Source: Pseudonocardiales bacterium (GTDB taxonomy: Bacteria; Actinomycetota; Actinomycetes; Mycobacteriales; Jatrophihabitantaceae). From it: a DNA stretch of 64,000 bases. The DNA is taken from positions 6,621 through 70,620 of the forward strand of contig JAVHVH010000129.1 in the NCBI GenBank assembly GCA_032160665.1. Reading direction: 5' to 3'. Both the position numbers and the translations under genes were made by a program. The notes below the pieces were generated by a model. That model did no database searches and was not told the DNA's origin. It saw only the letters and a list, made by a program, of their open reading frames with translations. Within the stretch, counting starts at the first letter, position 1, and the number at the start of each line of letters is the position of its first letter. Below are positions 10,687 to 19,474 of this stretch, in pieces.

Positions 10687-11474
10687 TGCGCGCCGGCCTG
10701 GCTGGCGCCACCGAAGAGGGTTCCGAGCCGGCCCTGGTTGTCGACCCCGGGGCTGGGCTTCGTCATCGAATGATCGGAGAGCAGAGCGAGGTACAGACTT
10801 CCGGTGTGGGCGACGTGGATCACCCGTTCGGCGTCGCGTTGGTTGACGGCGATCGTCACGAGCAGGGATTCGGCGGCAACGCCTACCTGCGTCCCGGTGG
10901 GCGCGGCCTGCGACACCGCCAGCACCGGGACACGGGAGAGCAGCAGCTTCGTGGCCCAGTTGTCCGTCCGGTTGGGTTGATCCTTGGTGCCGGCCGGCGT
11001 TCCCTTCGCGTCGAGCGTGACGAACGTGTCGAACACGGCGACTTCCGATCCTGGTTGGACGTAGCCCGCGACGTCGGCGCTGGAGCTCACCGAGATCGAG
11101 ACGGCGACCATCCCGTCCGGGATCGTCAACCCGCTGGTGGCCGGCGGGCGGCGGCCGAACATTTCCCGCACCACGACCCCGCCGGTCTGGACATCGGCGA
11201 GGGCGACGTCGGTGACCTTGACGTCAGAGAGCCGGGCGAGCGCATCGGCGGGCTTGGCGGAGGCGGGCACCTTGTCCGCCTTCACGTACCCGCCGGCGAT
11301 CACCGACTTCATCGTGGTGCCGGCCGGGATCCGCTTGGCGACGACCAGCACCGTCGCCGGCTGCTTTCCCGCCACCGCGCGGTTGTCGGTGTTCTTGAGA
11401 TAGGCGAAGATCGTGCCGGCGCCGACCAGGCCGAGGGTCACGGCCAGGATGACCATCAGGACTCGTCGTTTCAT
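10683..11474 (-). CDS. cpaB: Flp pilus assembly protein CpaB/RcpC (SAF domain)
   Basis: N-terminal TM helix, SAF-like VLVVAKRIPAGT, VAGYVQPGSEVAVF; start set at ATG 11474 (MKRR). Confidence 0.88.
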   Translation of the reverse strand: MKRRVLMVILAVTLGLVGAGTIFAYLKNTDNRAVAGKQPATVLVVAKRIPAGTTMKSVIAGGYVKADKVPASAKPADALARLSDVKVTDVALADVQTGGVVVREMFGRRPPATSGLTIPDGMVAVSISVSSSADVAGYVQPGSEVAVFDTFVTLDAKGTPAGTKDQPNRTDNWATKLLLSRVPVLAVSQAAPTGTQVGVAAESLLVTIAVNQRDAERVIHVAHTGSLYLALLSDHSMTKPSPGVDNQGRLGTLFGGASQAGAQ

Positions 11475-11493
11475 GGTGTCCAGCTCCTGGTGA

Positions 11494-12651
11494 TCAGTTC
11501 GTGATTCGAAGGACAGAGGCCCCAGCGCCGCTGCCGGCGATGATGTTTTGGCCGGGCGAAACTCCGGTCGTGAAGTAGCCGGAGATGCAGCGCGCATTGC
11601 CCTTGCAGGGCTGGGTCTGGGTCAGCCAGGAGTTGGCGCTCCATGAGGGCCAGTAGTAGCCGGTGATCACGAAGGCGGCCATTCTCCACAGCGTGTAGGT
11701 GCCGTTGCCGCCGGTGCCGGTGACCGCGTCGTAGATGGGCAGGAACACGATTCGGTGGGATAGCTGGGCGGAGAGAAGCGCAGCCTGGCACGGCGCGGAC
11801 AGCGAGCTTCCCGGCAGCGCGACATAGGTCGTCGAGCCACCGGCCGGGTCGAAGTTGAACTTCGTGTTGCAGTTGGTGTCGGTGGTCTGGGTCGACCCGA
11901 AGTCACCCGGCACGTCGAACCCGGACGGTCCGGCGATGCAGTGGCTGGGGGTGGGCGCCGTGTCGTGGAAGTAGATGACGATCTCGGAAGTGGTCGGCGG
12001 GACGGCCGGCGGCGGTGATGCGTACTTCGGGTTCAACTCCGTGCCACCGGTGGCCGTGATCGCGGCCTTCCATTCGCAGTACGAAGCAGTCAGGGCCAGC
12101 CCGGACGAACCGGCCGGCGTGCCGAAGGCGACACGGGCGCACGCGGTGACGCCGATGCCGTTGAAGGAGGCCCCCAACAGCGCGCGGCCGAACACCGGCG
12201 GTAGCAGTGCCTGGCCGGTCGACGTGCGGGTCGCCGTGTGCACCTCGACGTACTGCGAGTTCGCAGTCGGGGCGTCGCCGCAGTTGATCCGCTTAGCGGG
12301 ATTCGGTGCCGGGCAGGGAAGCAGCTTGCCGAAGGAGTCGTGCCCGCACACCAGGGCCACGGTCGATGTGGTGTCGTTCGAGTTCTTGTTCGCATACGTG
12401 CCGGCGATGCTCGAGGCCGACGTGCCGGTGTCGCAAGTTGCCGCGCCTAACGCGCACCGAGCGGCGACGGCCAGCGCAGCGGCGTCGGCGCCGTTCTGCA
12501 GTTGCGCCCGCTCGGAGTACGCCTGGCCGGCATCGATGACAATCGAGCCCAGGCCCACCATGACGCCCGACCCGAGGACGACCGCCACGAGCACGGCGAC
12601 CGCGCCCCGTTCGGAGCCGGCGCCGCGCACCCGCCGCATCAGCCGAGACAT
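11494..12651 (-). CDS. TadG-like pseudopilin/tip protein, Cys-rich
   Basis: Prepilin-type ERG|AVAVLVA, D.GQAYSERAQLQNGADAAALA, about 14 Cys. Confidence 0.82.
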   Translation of the reverse strand: MSRLMRRVRGAGSERGAVAVLVAVVLGSGVMVGLGSIVIDAGQAYSERAQLQNGADAAALAVAARCALGAATCDTGTSASSIAGTYANKNSNDTTSTVALVCGHDSFGKLLPCPAPNPAKRINCGDAPTANSQYVEVHTATRTSTGQALLPPVFGRALLGASFNGIGVTACARVAFGTPAGSSGLALTASYCEWKAAITATGGTELNPKYASPPPAVPPTTSEIVIYFHDTAPTPSHCIAGPSGFDVPGDFGSTQTTDTNCNTKFNFDPAGGSTTYVALPGSSLSAPCQAALLSAQLSHRIVFLPIYDAVTGTGGNGTYTLWRMAAFVITGYYWPSWSANSWLTQTQPCKGNARCISGYFTTGVSPGQNIIAGSGAGASVLRITN

Positions 12652-13031
12652 GGCATCGTCGCCTTCCCGGTGAGGGTGAGCGTGGTTCCCACCGGGAGCG
12701 TGAAGCTGAACTGCCTCGTGACCGTCACCGTGACGTCGGTGCTCGCGGTTGAGTTGACGGTGCAGAGAGCGCTGCCGCCGATGGTGACCTTTCCGGCCCA
12801 CGACGCGGGCACGGCGAGCATCATCCGGGCCTTGTAGTCGACGATGTTGAGCGAGGCCAGCCGCGCGCCCTCGCGGGCAATCTGGGTCAGCGTGATCTGC
12901 TCGTTGTAGGCGCGGCCGAAGTCGATGAATCCGAAGACGAGCGCAACGAGGATCGGCACGATGAGCGCGAATTCGACCGCCACCGCACCGCGATCTCGCG
13001 CTGCGGCATTATCGAATCCACGGAGCTTCAC
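12639..13031 (-). CDS. tadE: TadE-like pseudopilin
   Basis: DRG|AVAVEFAL, AREGARLAS. Confidence 0.88.
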   Translation of the reverse strand: MKLRGFDNAAARDRGAVAVEFALIVPILVALVFGFIDFGRAYNEQITLTQIAREGARLASLNIVDYKARMMLAVPASWAGKVTIGGSALCTVNSTASTDVTVTVTRQFSFTLPVGTTLTLTGKATMPCLG

Positions 13032-13053
13032 GGCGGTCCTCCCACATATCGAT

Positions 13054-13088
13054 CTGGAATGCAGCCGTCGATGACGGCTGCATTCCAG
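13054..13088. terminator. Perfect 16-bp stem-loop between flp and tadE (mRNA stabiliser or partial terminator)
   Basis: ctggaatgcagccgtc-gat-gacggctgcattccag. Confidence 0.7.
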
Positions 13089-13154
13089 GATCCGAATTTC
13101 TCTTGGCCGGTGCGGCCGGCAATGTCGTCGGACGTGGTACGTGCTCCGCAGCCG

Positions 13155-13367
13155 TCAGAGCTTGCCGGTGATGTCGGTGAAGATGGCCCCGATCTTGGCG
13201 CCGAGCAGGGTGACGATGGCGATGATGACGCCGGCGATGAGGGCAACGAGCAGGCCGTATTCGACCGCGGTCGCGCCGCGCTCGTTGTCGTGCTGGCGGG
13301 CGCGGTCGCCGAGGTCGCTGAGCGCGATCTGCGCCATCAGGAACATGCGGACGAGGATCGTTGTCAT
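13155..13367 (-). CDS. flp: Flp family type IVb major pilin
   Basis: ERG|ATAVEYGLLVALIA Flp motif, 70 aa, AAAGGAG SD upstream of ATG 13367. Confidence 0.93.
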   Translation of the reverse strand: MTTILVRMFLMAQIALSDLGDRARQHDNERGATAVEYGLLVALIAGVIIAIVTLLGAKIGAIFTDITGKL

Positions 13368-13618
13368 GACTGACTCCTTTGTGCTCCGGATGGAGTACTG
13401 ACTGGGGGTGAACGACGCCTTGCCGTCCTGCAATGAGAGTGCGCTGCGGCAGCGTTCTTAACACGGGCCTTACGGTGCGCGCCGAAGTGCCGGACGTCCT
13501 GACGGCGAGCATGCGAATGCACCGGGCGGGGGTGCAAAGTGACCGGTGCGCGGACCGAGCGCCACCCGCCAGAGGTGGTCGGCGCCGGGCGCTGGGAGAC
13601 TATGGCGGTCCGAGTTCG

Positions 13619-14332
13619 ATGACGAAGGGTGCTGGTGTGGCCGTGCCGCGACGCGTGGACAGGTCCGCCTCCGTCCTCTTGTTCGACCTCGACGGCACAC
13701 TGTCGGACTCTGCGCCAGGCATCCTCGCCGCATTGCGACACGCATTCGCGGTGAACGGACTGCCGCAACTCGACCCGCTCACCGAGCGCGCACTACTGGG
13801 CCCGCCGTTCTACGACTCGCTGCCGCCGCTGATCGGCGCGCACATGCTGGCGCCGGTCATCGCCGCCTACCGAGAGCAGTACGGTGCCGGCGGCATGTTC
13901 GATACGACCGCGTACGCAGGCATCCCCGAGGTGCTCGGCGCCGCTCGCGACGCGGGCCTGCGCCTCGCGGTCGCCACCAGCAAACCGGAGCACTACGCGG
14001 TGCCCATCGTCGAACACCTCGGACTCACGGCGTTCTTCGACACCGTCGGCGGTGACGAGTTGGACGGATCGCTGCGGACGAAGGCACTGGTCATCGGGAA
14101 GGTCCTGCAGCGCCTGGGCCAGCCGGATCCCGATGACGTTCTGATGGTCGGCGATCGTGAGCACGACGTCGCGGGCGCGCGCACGCACGGCATCCGTTGC
14201 ATCGGGGCCGGATGGGGCTACGGCCGGCCCGGTGAGCTGGCCCGCGCGGGTGCGGACCCGATCTGCGCGACTGCCCGCGAACTGATCGACGCGCTGGGAC
14301 TGGGTGGGACGTCCGGTGCTGCAGCGTCCTGA
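13619..14332 (+). CDS. HAD-superfamily hydrolase (phosphoglycolate phosphatase/5'-nucleotidase-like)
   Basis: FDLDGTLSDS, VATSKP, MVGDREHDV; start uncertain (13619 or 13637). Confidence 0.88.
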   Translation: MTKGAGVAVPRRVDRSASVLLFDLDGTLSDSAPGILAALRHAFAVNGLPQLDPLTERALLGPPFYDSLPPLIGAHMLAPVIAAYREQYGAGGMFDTTAYAGIPEVLGAARDAGLRLAVATSKPEHYAVPIVEHLGLTAFFDTVGGDELDGSLRTKALVIGKVLQRLGQPDPDDVLMVGDREHDVAGARTHGIRCIGAGWGYGRPGELARAGADPICATARELIDALGLGGTSGAAAS

Positions 14333-14945
14333 TCCGCACCTGCACAGCGTGCGGTTCCTGACCCTGACGTCGCTGCGCTGGGTGTTCCGGCACCGCGCGT
14401 ACACACCCTGGTACCTCGTGCGCTATTGGCGGTTCCTTCGGTTCAAGATCGCCAATCCGCACGTGATCACCCGCGGGTTCGTGTTCATGGATCGCGGGGT
14501 GGAGCTGTACGCCCGTCGCGGTTACGGTCGCCTGATCCTCGGGCGTTGGCTGCACCTCGGCGTCAACACCGCCCTACGCTGCCACGAGGGAACGCTCAGC
14601 GTGGGTGACAAGAGCGTGCTGGGCCGCGACGTCTCCATCAACTGCTATCTGGACGTCGAGGTCGGGGCGGCGGCCCTGTTTGCCGACAGCGTCTATGTCT
14701 CCGACTTCGACCACAAGTTCGCCGATCTGACGACGCCGATCAAGGACCAGGGCATCGCCAAGTCGCGGGTGCGCATCGAGCCGGACGTGTGGCTCGGCAC
14801 GAAGGTCACCGTGTCTCGGGGGGTCCTGATCGGCGAGGGATCGGTGGTCGGCGCGAACGCCGTGGTCACCCGCGACCTTCCGGCGTACTGCGTCGCGGTC
14901 GGCGTGCCGGCCCGCGTGGTCAAGGATCGCCGCACGCTCGACTGA
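14316..14945 (+). CDS. Hexapeptide-repeat acyltransferase (Rv3034c-like)
   Basis: RAYTPWYLVRYWRFLRFKIANPH, DFDHKF, PIKDQGI, left-handed beta-helix repeats. Confidence 0.88.
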   Translation: MLQRPDPHLHSVRFLTLTSLRWVFRHRAYTPWYLVRYWRFLRFKIANPHVITRGFVFMDRGVELYARRGYGRLILGRWLHLGVNTALRCHEGTLSVGDKSVLGRDVSINCYLDVEVGAAALFADSVYVSDFDHKFADLTTPIKDQGIAKSRVRIEPDVWLGTKVTVSRGVLIGEGSVVGANAVVTRDLPAYCVAVGVPARVVKDRRTLD

Positions 14946-14948
14946 GGC

Positions 14949-15689
14949 TCAGCGTGGCGAAGGAACGCTCGGCTCGTCGACGGCGCGGGTGATTCCCTGG
15001 CGCGACCGCAGTTCGCGTCGGGTCGAGGGCAGCGTGAGGCCGACCGCGATCATCCAGACCAGACCGCCGAAGCGACCGACCGCGAGCAGCAGGTCCATCC
15101 CGTCGAAGGCCGCGGACAGGGACGCCACCTCGCAGACGACGGCGATGACGAGCCCGAACCAGGCAACGGCACGCGGCAAGACTCGGCCGATGAGCCCGCT
15201 CACCGAAACGCCGGCGAGCAGCAAACCACTGAAAACGACGTACGCGGGCCCGCCCGCGGCGAAGGTGAGCCCGTAGAGCAGCCGGACCGAGGCGGCGGAG
15301 TCGGCGACGCGGGGCTGGGTGGCGGCGAGCGTCGCGACCCCGGCCAGGGCGAGCATCGCGGCGGCGGCGGTCCCGCCGATCTGGGCGATGATCCGGCCCG
15401 GGACGTCCAGGCCGAGCGTGCGCAGGCGGCTCGTCGAGACCGCAACGAAGACCGCAAGCGGAATCGCGGCGCCCAGAGTGAAGAACGCGCTCGCATGCGC
15501 CGAGCCGTTGTGGTGCTGGAAGAAGTCGAGCAGCGCCGCGTCGGAGGTCCACGGCCGAACGCCGGCGGCGACCGACGGCACCGCTACGCCCAGGACGGTG
15601 AGCACCGCGTAGGCGATGGTCGGCGGCAGGAGCGGCGCTCCGGCGCTGTGCATCCGCCGCCTTTTGGTCGCGAGAGTCGAACTGGTCAT
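14949..15689 (-). CDS. Multi-pass membrane protein (DUF4386-like)
   Basis: About 6 hydrophobic segments; divergent from the MarR gene. Confidence 0.7.
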   Translation of the reverse strand: MTSSTLATKRRRMHSAGAPLLPPTIAYAVLTVLGVAVPSVAAGVRPWTSDAALLDFFQHHNGSAHASAFFTLGAAIPLAVFVAVSTSRLRTLGLDVPGRIIAQIGGTAAAAMLALAGVATLAATQPRVADSAASVRLLYGLTFAAGGPAYVVFSGLLLAGVSVSGLIGRVLPRAVAWFGLVIAVVCEVASLSAAFDGMDLLLAVGRFGGLVWMIAVGLTLPSTRRELRSRQGITRAVDEPSVPSPR

Positions 15690-15713
15690 GAGTGCTCCTT
15701 AGTTCGTCAGATA

Positions 15714-15736
15714 AATCATTCATAGCACGAATGATT
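15714..15736. promoter_or_regulatory. Probable MarR operator
   Basis: AT-rich inverted repeat AATCATTC-N7-GAATGATT between the divergent genes; TACAGT -10 lies 7 nt before the MarR ATG. Confidence 0.7.
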
Positions 15737-15758
15737 ATCGGACGCTACAGTTTTGCCC

Positions 15759-16247
15759 ATGAGCCACTTTCCGGCCGGGCCACCGCGGGGCGCGGCCTTC
15801 CTGCTCACCCAGCTGGGTACGCATGCCGCGATGCGCTTCGCCGAACGGGTCGCCGAGCACGAGCTGACCCCGCCGCAGTGCGGAGTGCTCGGCCTGCTGA
15901 GCGGCCGACCGGGCATCAGCCAGCAGGAACTCGCCGCGGTGCTCGGGATGCTGCCGAGCCGGGTCGTGGCCCTCGTCGACGAGCTCGAGCAGGCAGGACA
16001 CGTGCAGCGCGTGCGCGACGACGCCGATCGACGGCGCAACGCCCTGCAGCTCACCGAGGCTGGACGGCGCACGCTCGCGCTGGTCGGGCGAATCGGCCGC
16101 GCTCACGAGCAGGACATCTGCGCCGCGCTGACCGACGAGGAACACGAGACGCTCGTCGCGCTGCTCGGGCGGATGGCCGACCAGCAGGGGCTGACGCCGG
16201 GCGTGCACCCGGGTTATCGGACGTTACGCCCGGCCGCGCGTTCGTAG
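15759..16247 (+). CDS. MarR family transcriptional regulator
   Basis: ISQQELA, LVDELEQAGHVQR, DRRRNALQLT winged HTH. Confidence 0.92.
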   Translation: MSHFPAGPPRGAAFLLTQLGTHAAMRFAERVAEHELTPPQCGVLGLLSGRPGISQQELAAVLGMLPSRVVALVDELEQAGHVQRVRDDADRRRNALQLTEAGRRTLALVGRIGRAHEQDICAALTDEEHETLVALLGRMADQQGLTPGVHPGYRTLRPAARS

Positions 16248-17404
16248 ATCTCGACGGTGCGCGCAGCGACCGTCGGCCAGATGTAGTCCCGGCGCACGAT
16301 CCGGGCCGCGCGGGCGACGGCGCGGCGGGCGGCCGGCGGGTCAGCGAGCAACTTCTCGATCGCGGTGGCGAGCGCTTCGGCGTCGCCGGCCGGGAACGCG
16401 GCGGTGGCGACGCCGCACGTCGCCAGATCGCGCAGCCCGCCGGTCTCGGCCACCACCAACGGTGCCCCGGCGATCACCGCCTCGAGCGCGACAATCCCGA
16501 ACGGTTCGTACAACGACGGCACGACCACGACGTCGGCCGCTCCGAGCAGGGCCGGCAACCGCTCCTCGGGGACGAAGCCCGGCCAGTCGACGCGGCGGGC
16601 GATCCGCAGCGCTCGGGCCCGGGCGTGCAGCCTTTCGGCGTGCGGTCCCGTCCCCGCGACCACCAACCGCAGCTCCGGGTGGGCGGGGCGCAACAGGCGA
16701 ACCGCAGTGAGCAAGGTCTGGACGCCTTTTTCGTGCGCCAGCCGACCCGCGAAGACGACCAGGGGACCGGGGACGGCGTGCCGGTCGCGCGCCGCCGTCG
16801 TGTCCGCAGCGGACGCCTTCCAGCGCGCTGCGTCGATGGCGTTCGGGACGACGGTCAGTCGGTCGGGCGCGAGCTCGAACAGCGCGGCGGCCTCGTCCCG
16901 CATCGTCCTCGAGCAGGTGATCACCTCATCGGCCCGCCGCGCCAACCATCTCTCGACCGAGTGGATCGCCAGGTTGAGCGGCCGCGGCAGCCAGCCCTGG
17001 TGCCGGCCGGCTTCGGTCGCATGCAGCGTCGCGACGAGTGGCGCCCCCGTCGACTCGGTGAGCGTGATCGCGGTCTGGGTGACGAGCCAGTCGTGCGCGT
17101 GAATGACGTCCGGGCGCCAGCGCCGCACGACCGGCAGCGCCGCCCGGAGCATCGCGTGCTCGGCGGCCTGCGACCACGAGAGCAATGACTCGGTCGTGAA
17201 GTCGATGGCCAACGGGTCGACGGCGGCCCGGACGACCCTGACGCCGTCGCGGACCTCGTCGATCCGCGCGGCGGACTGGCCGCGGGTCACGACACATACG
17301 TCGTGGCCGCTGGCGGAAAGTTCCCGCGCCAGGGCCTCGACGTGGCGACCCAGGCCGCCCACGACGAGCGGCGGGTACTCCCACGACAGCATCAGGACGC
17401 GCAC
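16214..17404 (-). CDS. GT4 glycosyltransferase (Rv3032-like alpha-1,4-glucosyltransferase)
   Basis: MRVLMLSWEYPP...GGLGRHV, HAHDWLV, HATEAGRH, EKG, EPFGIVALEA. Confidence 0.92.
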   Translation of the reverse strand: MRVLMLSWEYPPLVVGGLGRHVEALARELSASGHDVCVVTRGQSAARIDEVRDGVRVVRAAVDPLAIDFTTESLLSWSQAAEHAMLRAALPVVRRWRPDVIHAHDWLVTQTAITLTESTGAPLVATLHATEAGRHQGWLPRPLNLAIHSVERWLARRADEVITCSRTMRDEAAALFELAPDRLTVVPNAIDAARWKASAADTTAARDRHAVPGPLVVFAGRLAHEKGVQTLLTAVRLLRPAHPELRLVVAGTGPHAERLHARARALRIARRVDWPGFVPEERLPALLGAADVVVVPSLYEPFGIVALEAVIAGAPLVVAETGGLRDLATCGVATAAFPAGDAEALATAIEKLLADPPAARRAVARAARIVRRDYIWPTVAARTVEIYERAAGRNVR

Positions 17405-17452
17405 GGCGTCGCACACTAGTCTGCTGTCGTGGCCGACTCCCGAGCACCGAGC

Positions 17453-18022
17453 ATGCGCACCGCAACTGCGGGCCTGTTGCTCATCGTCCTCGGGGCCGCG
17501 TTCTGGATCCTCTCCCGCTACCAGTCGGGACGCGAGCAGCACTCCTACTCCAGCGGCGGTGCTCCGCCGGCCACCGTCCACCTCACCCAGGGCCACACCT
17601 ACTGGCTCTCCATCGCCGGCGGCGTCCAGCGGGAGGTCACGCTCGGGCTGGATCCCGCCGCCCTGCAGTGCACGCAGACCGGTGCGGGCTCCGCCCCGCG
17701 GGTCCTGGTGGTCAGTCCGGAAGCCGCCGACACGAAATTGACGCACCAGATCGCCTCGTTCGTCGCGCCGCTGACGGGCGACGTCCACGTCGGGTGCGAC
17801 GGCCTCGGCACGGTGTACATCGATGACGCCGACAACTCCTACGACTACGCCGGTCTGTGGCTGGTGCTCGCCGCGATCACGTTAACGATCGGCATCCCAC
17901 TCTCGCTGGCGCCGGTGGTCGTGGGAACGCGGCGCTCCGCGACGACCGAGCCTGAGGACCCCGAGTTCGATCCGGCCGATGCGGATGACTCCGAGCCGCT
18001 CGATCCGGCGGCTCAGGCCTGA
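17453..18022 (+). CDS. Hypothetical membrane protein: two TM helices flanking an extracytoplasmic beta-rich domain
   Basis: GC3-biased ORF, N- and C-terminal hydrophobic helices, 2 Cys, acidic tail. Confidence 0.65.
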   Translation: MRTATAGLLLIVLGAAFWILSRYQSGREQHSYSSGGAPPATVHLTQGHTYWLSIAGGVQREVTLGLDPAALQCTQTGAGSAPRVLVVSPEAADTKLTHQIASFVAPLTGDVHVGCDGLGTVYIDDADNSYDYAGLWLVLAAITLTIGIPLSLAPVVVGTRRSATTEPEDPEFDPADADDSEPLDPAAQA

Positions 18023-19449
18023 CGCTGCGCCGGATCGACCCAGCCGCCGCAGGCGCGCTCCAGCTCCAGGGCCACGGCGATGCTGACGTGGTCGTTGCCC
18101 GGTGCGGCCACGACCTGCACGCCGAGGGGTAGCCCCGAGTCACCGAGTCCGAGCGGGACCTGCGTCGCCGGCAAGCCGTACAGGTTGAAGACGGCGGTGT
18201 TGGTCGCGAGCCACGGCTGGCCCAGCGTGTGCCGGTGCCGCGGCGCCAGCCGCGGGAACGGCGGGTAGAGCAGCACGCCGTCTCCGATCGTCTCGACGAG
18301 GCTGTCCTCTGCGCGCTGGGCGGAGTCGATCAAGCGGCGCGCCGCGCGGGTCCGCAACGCCCGAACCGGCGCCGCGTCGACCACCTTGAGGACGGCCGCC
18401 GGCCCGCGCACCGCAAATGGGGCGCGCTGGCGCTGCGTGCCAGTGGGCGCGGTGACGTCCACCCATGATCGCAACAGGTCGATCTCGGTGACGGCCGTCG
18501 CGCCGAACTGGGCGAGGGCCCAGCGCAGTTGCTTCAACGATGCTTCGCTCACCTCGGCGCCGCTGCTCTGCAGGCTCTGCGCGGCATTGTCGATCGCGCG
18601 CCGCAGGACCGGGCGCAGCGGCACCGTCGATGAGTGGGTCGCCACCACCACCGGCATTCCGGCAAGTTTGACCTCGTCCGGATCGCCCAGCACGCCCTCG
18701 GTGGTGTGCGGGTCGGCACCGTCCGGCCCGGCGATAATTCGCAGGACGGGCATGAGGTCCTCGGCGCGACGGGTGAGCGGGCCGGGCGAGAGCCGGCGGC
18801 GGACGTCGCCGACCGGCATCGGGAAGTGTCCGGTGAGCGGGACGAGGCCCGGCGAGGGCAGGTGCCCGAAGACCCCGTTGAAGAAGGCCGGGATGCGCAC
18901 CGACCCGCCGAGGTCCGAGCCGAGCGCGATCGGGGCGCCGCCCGAGCCGACGATCACCGCGTCCCCGCCCGACGAACCGCCCGCCGTGCGAGCGCGGTCG
19001 TAGGCGTTGGACACCCGACCGTAGACCGGGTTGTTCGACTCGATCCAGATGTACGCGCCGCAGGTGTTGCCGACGCCCAGGACGATGGCGCCGGCGCCGC
19101 GCAGCCGGGCCACCACGGGCGCGTCGGAGTCCTCGCGGTACTTGCGCCGGTGTGGGTACCCGCCGGTGTGAGGCATTCCCTCGACGGCCAGCATCTCCTT
19201 GACCGTCGCGGGAACGCCGAGCAACGGCGGCAGGTCGGTGTCGCCCGCGCGGACGCGGGCGTCGGCCGCGGCCGCCTCGTCGCGGGCCTGGTCGAAGCGG
19301 TCCGCGGCCAGCGCGTTGGTGTCGGCGATGCGCTGCAACACCGCGATGTGGGCCTCGACCACCTCCGTCGAGGTCGTCGCGCCCGAGCGAATCGCGGCGG
19401 CAAGTTGGACGGCGGACCGGTGCGTGAGTGGCGTCGTGTCGGCCTTCAT
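18013..19449 (-). CDS. Amidase-signature family enzyme
   Basis: GVPATVKE, GGSSGGD, LGSDLGGSVRIPA. Confidence 0.92.
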   Translation of the reverse strand: MKADTTPLTHRSAVQLAAAIRSGATTSTEVVEAHIAVLQRIADTNALAADRFDQARDEAAAADARVRAGDTDLPPLLGVPATVKEMLAVEGMPHTGGYPHRRKYREDSDAPVVARLRGAGAIVLGVGNTCGAYIWIESNNPVYGRVSNAYDRARTAGGSSGGDAVIVGSGGAPIALGSDLGGSVRIPAFFNGVFGHLPSPGLVPLTGHFPMPVGDVRRRLSPGPLTRRAEDLMPVLRIIAGPDGADPHTTEGVLGDPDEVKLAGMPVVVATHSSTVPLRPVLRRAIDNAAQSLQSSGAEVSEASLKQLRWALAQFGATAVTEIDLLRSWVDVTAPTGTQRQRAPFAVRGPAAVLKVVDAAPVRALRTRAARRLIDSAQRAEDSLVETIGDGVLLYPPFPRLAPRHRHTLGQPWLATNTAVFNLYGLPATQVPLGLGDSGLPLGVQVVAAPGNDHVSIAVALELERACGGWVDPAQRQA

Positions 19450-19474
19450 GCCCGCATCCTTCCCGGCGGCGCCT

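Noticed and set aside
13524-13534. G-rich 10-mer complementary to the sRNA candidate loop (a similar one lies at about 37404)
   Set aside because: About one such match is expected by chance in 64 kb of this GC content.
13430-13560. c-di-GMP riboswitch upstream of flp
   Set aside because: No GGCAAA/GAAA-tetraloop/GCAAAGC consensus in the sense orientation.
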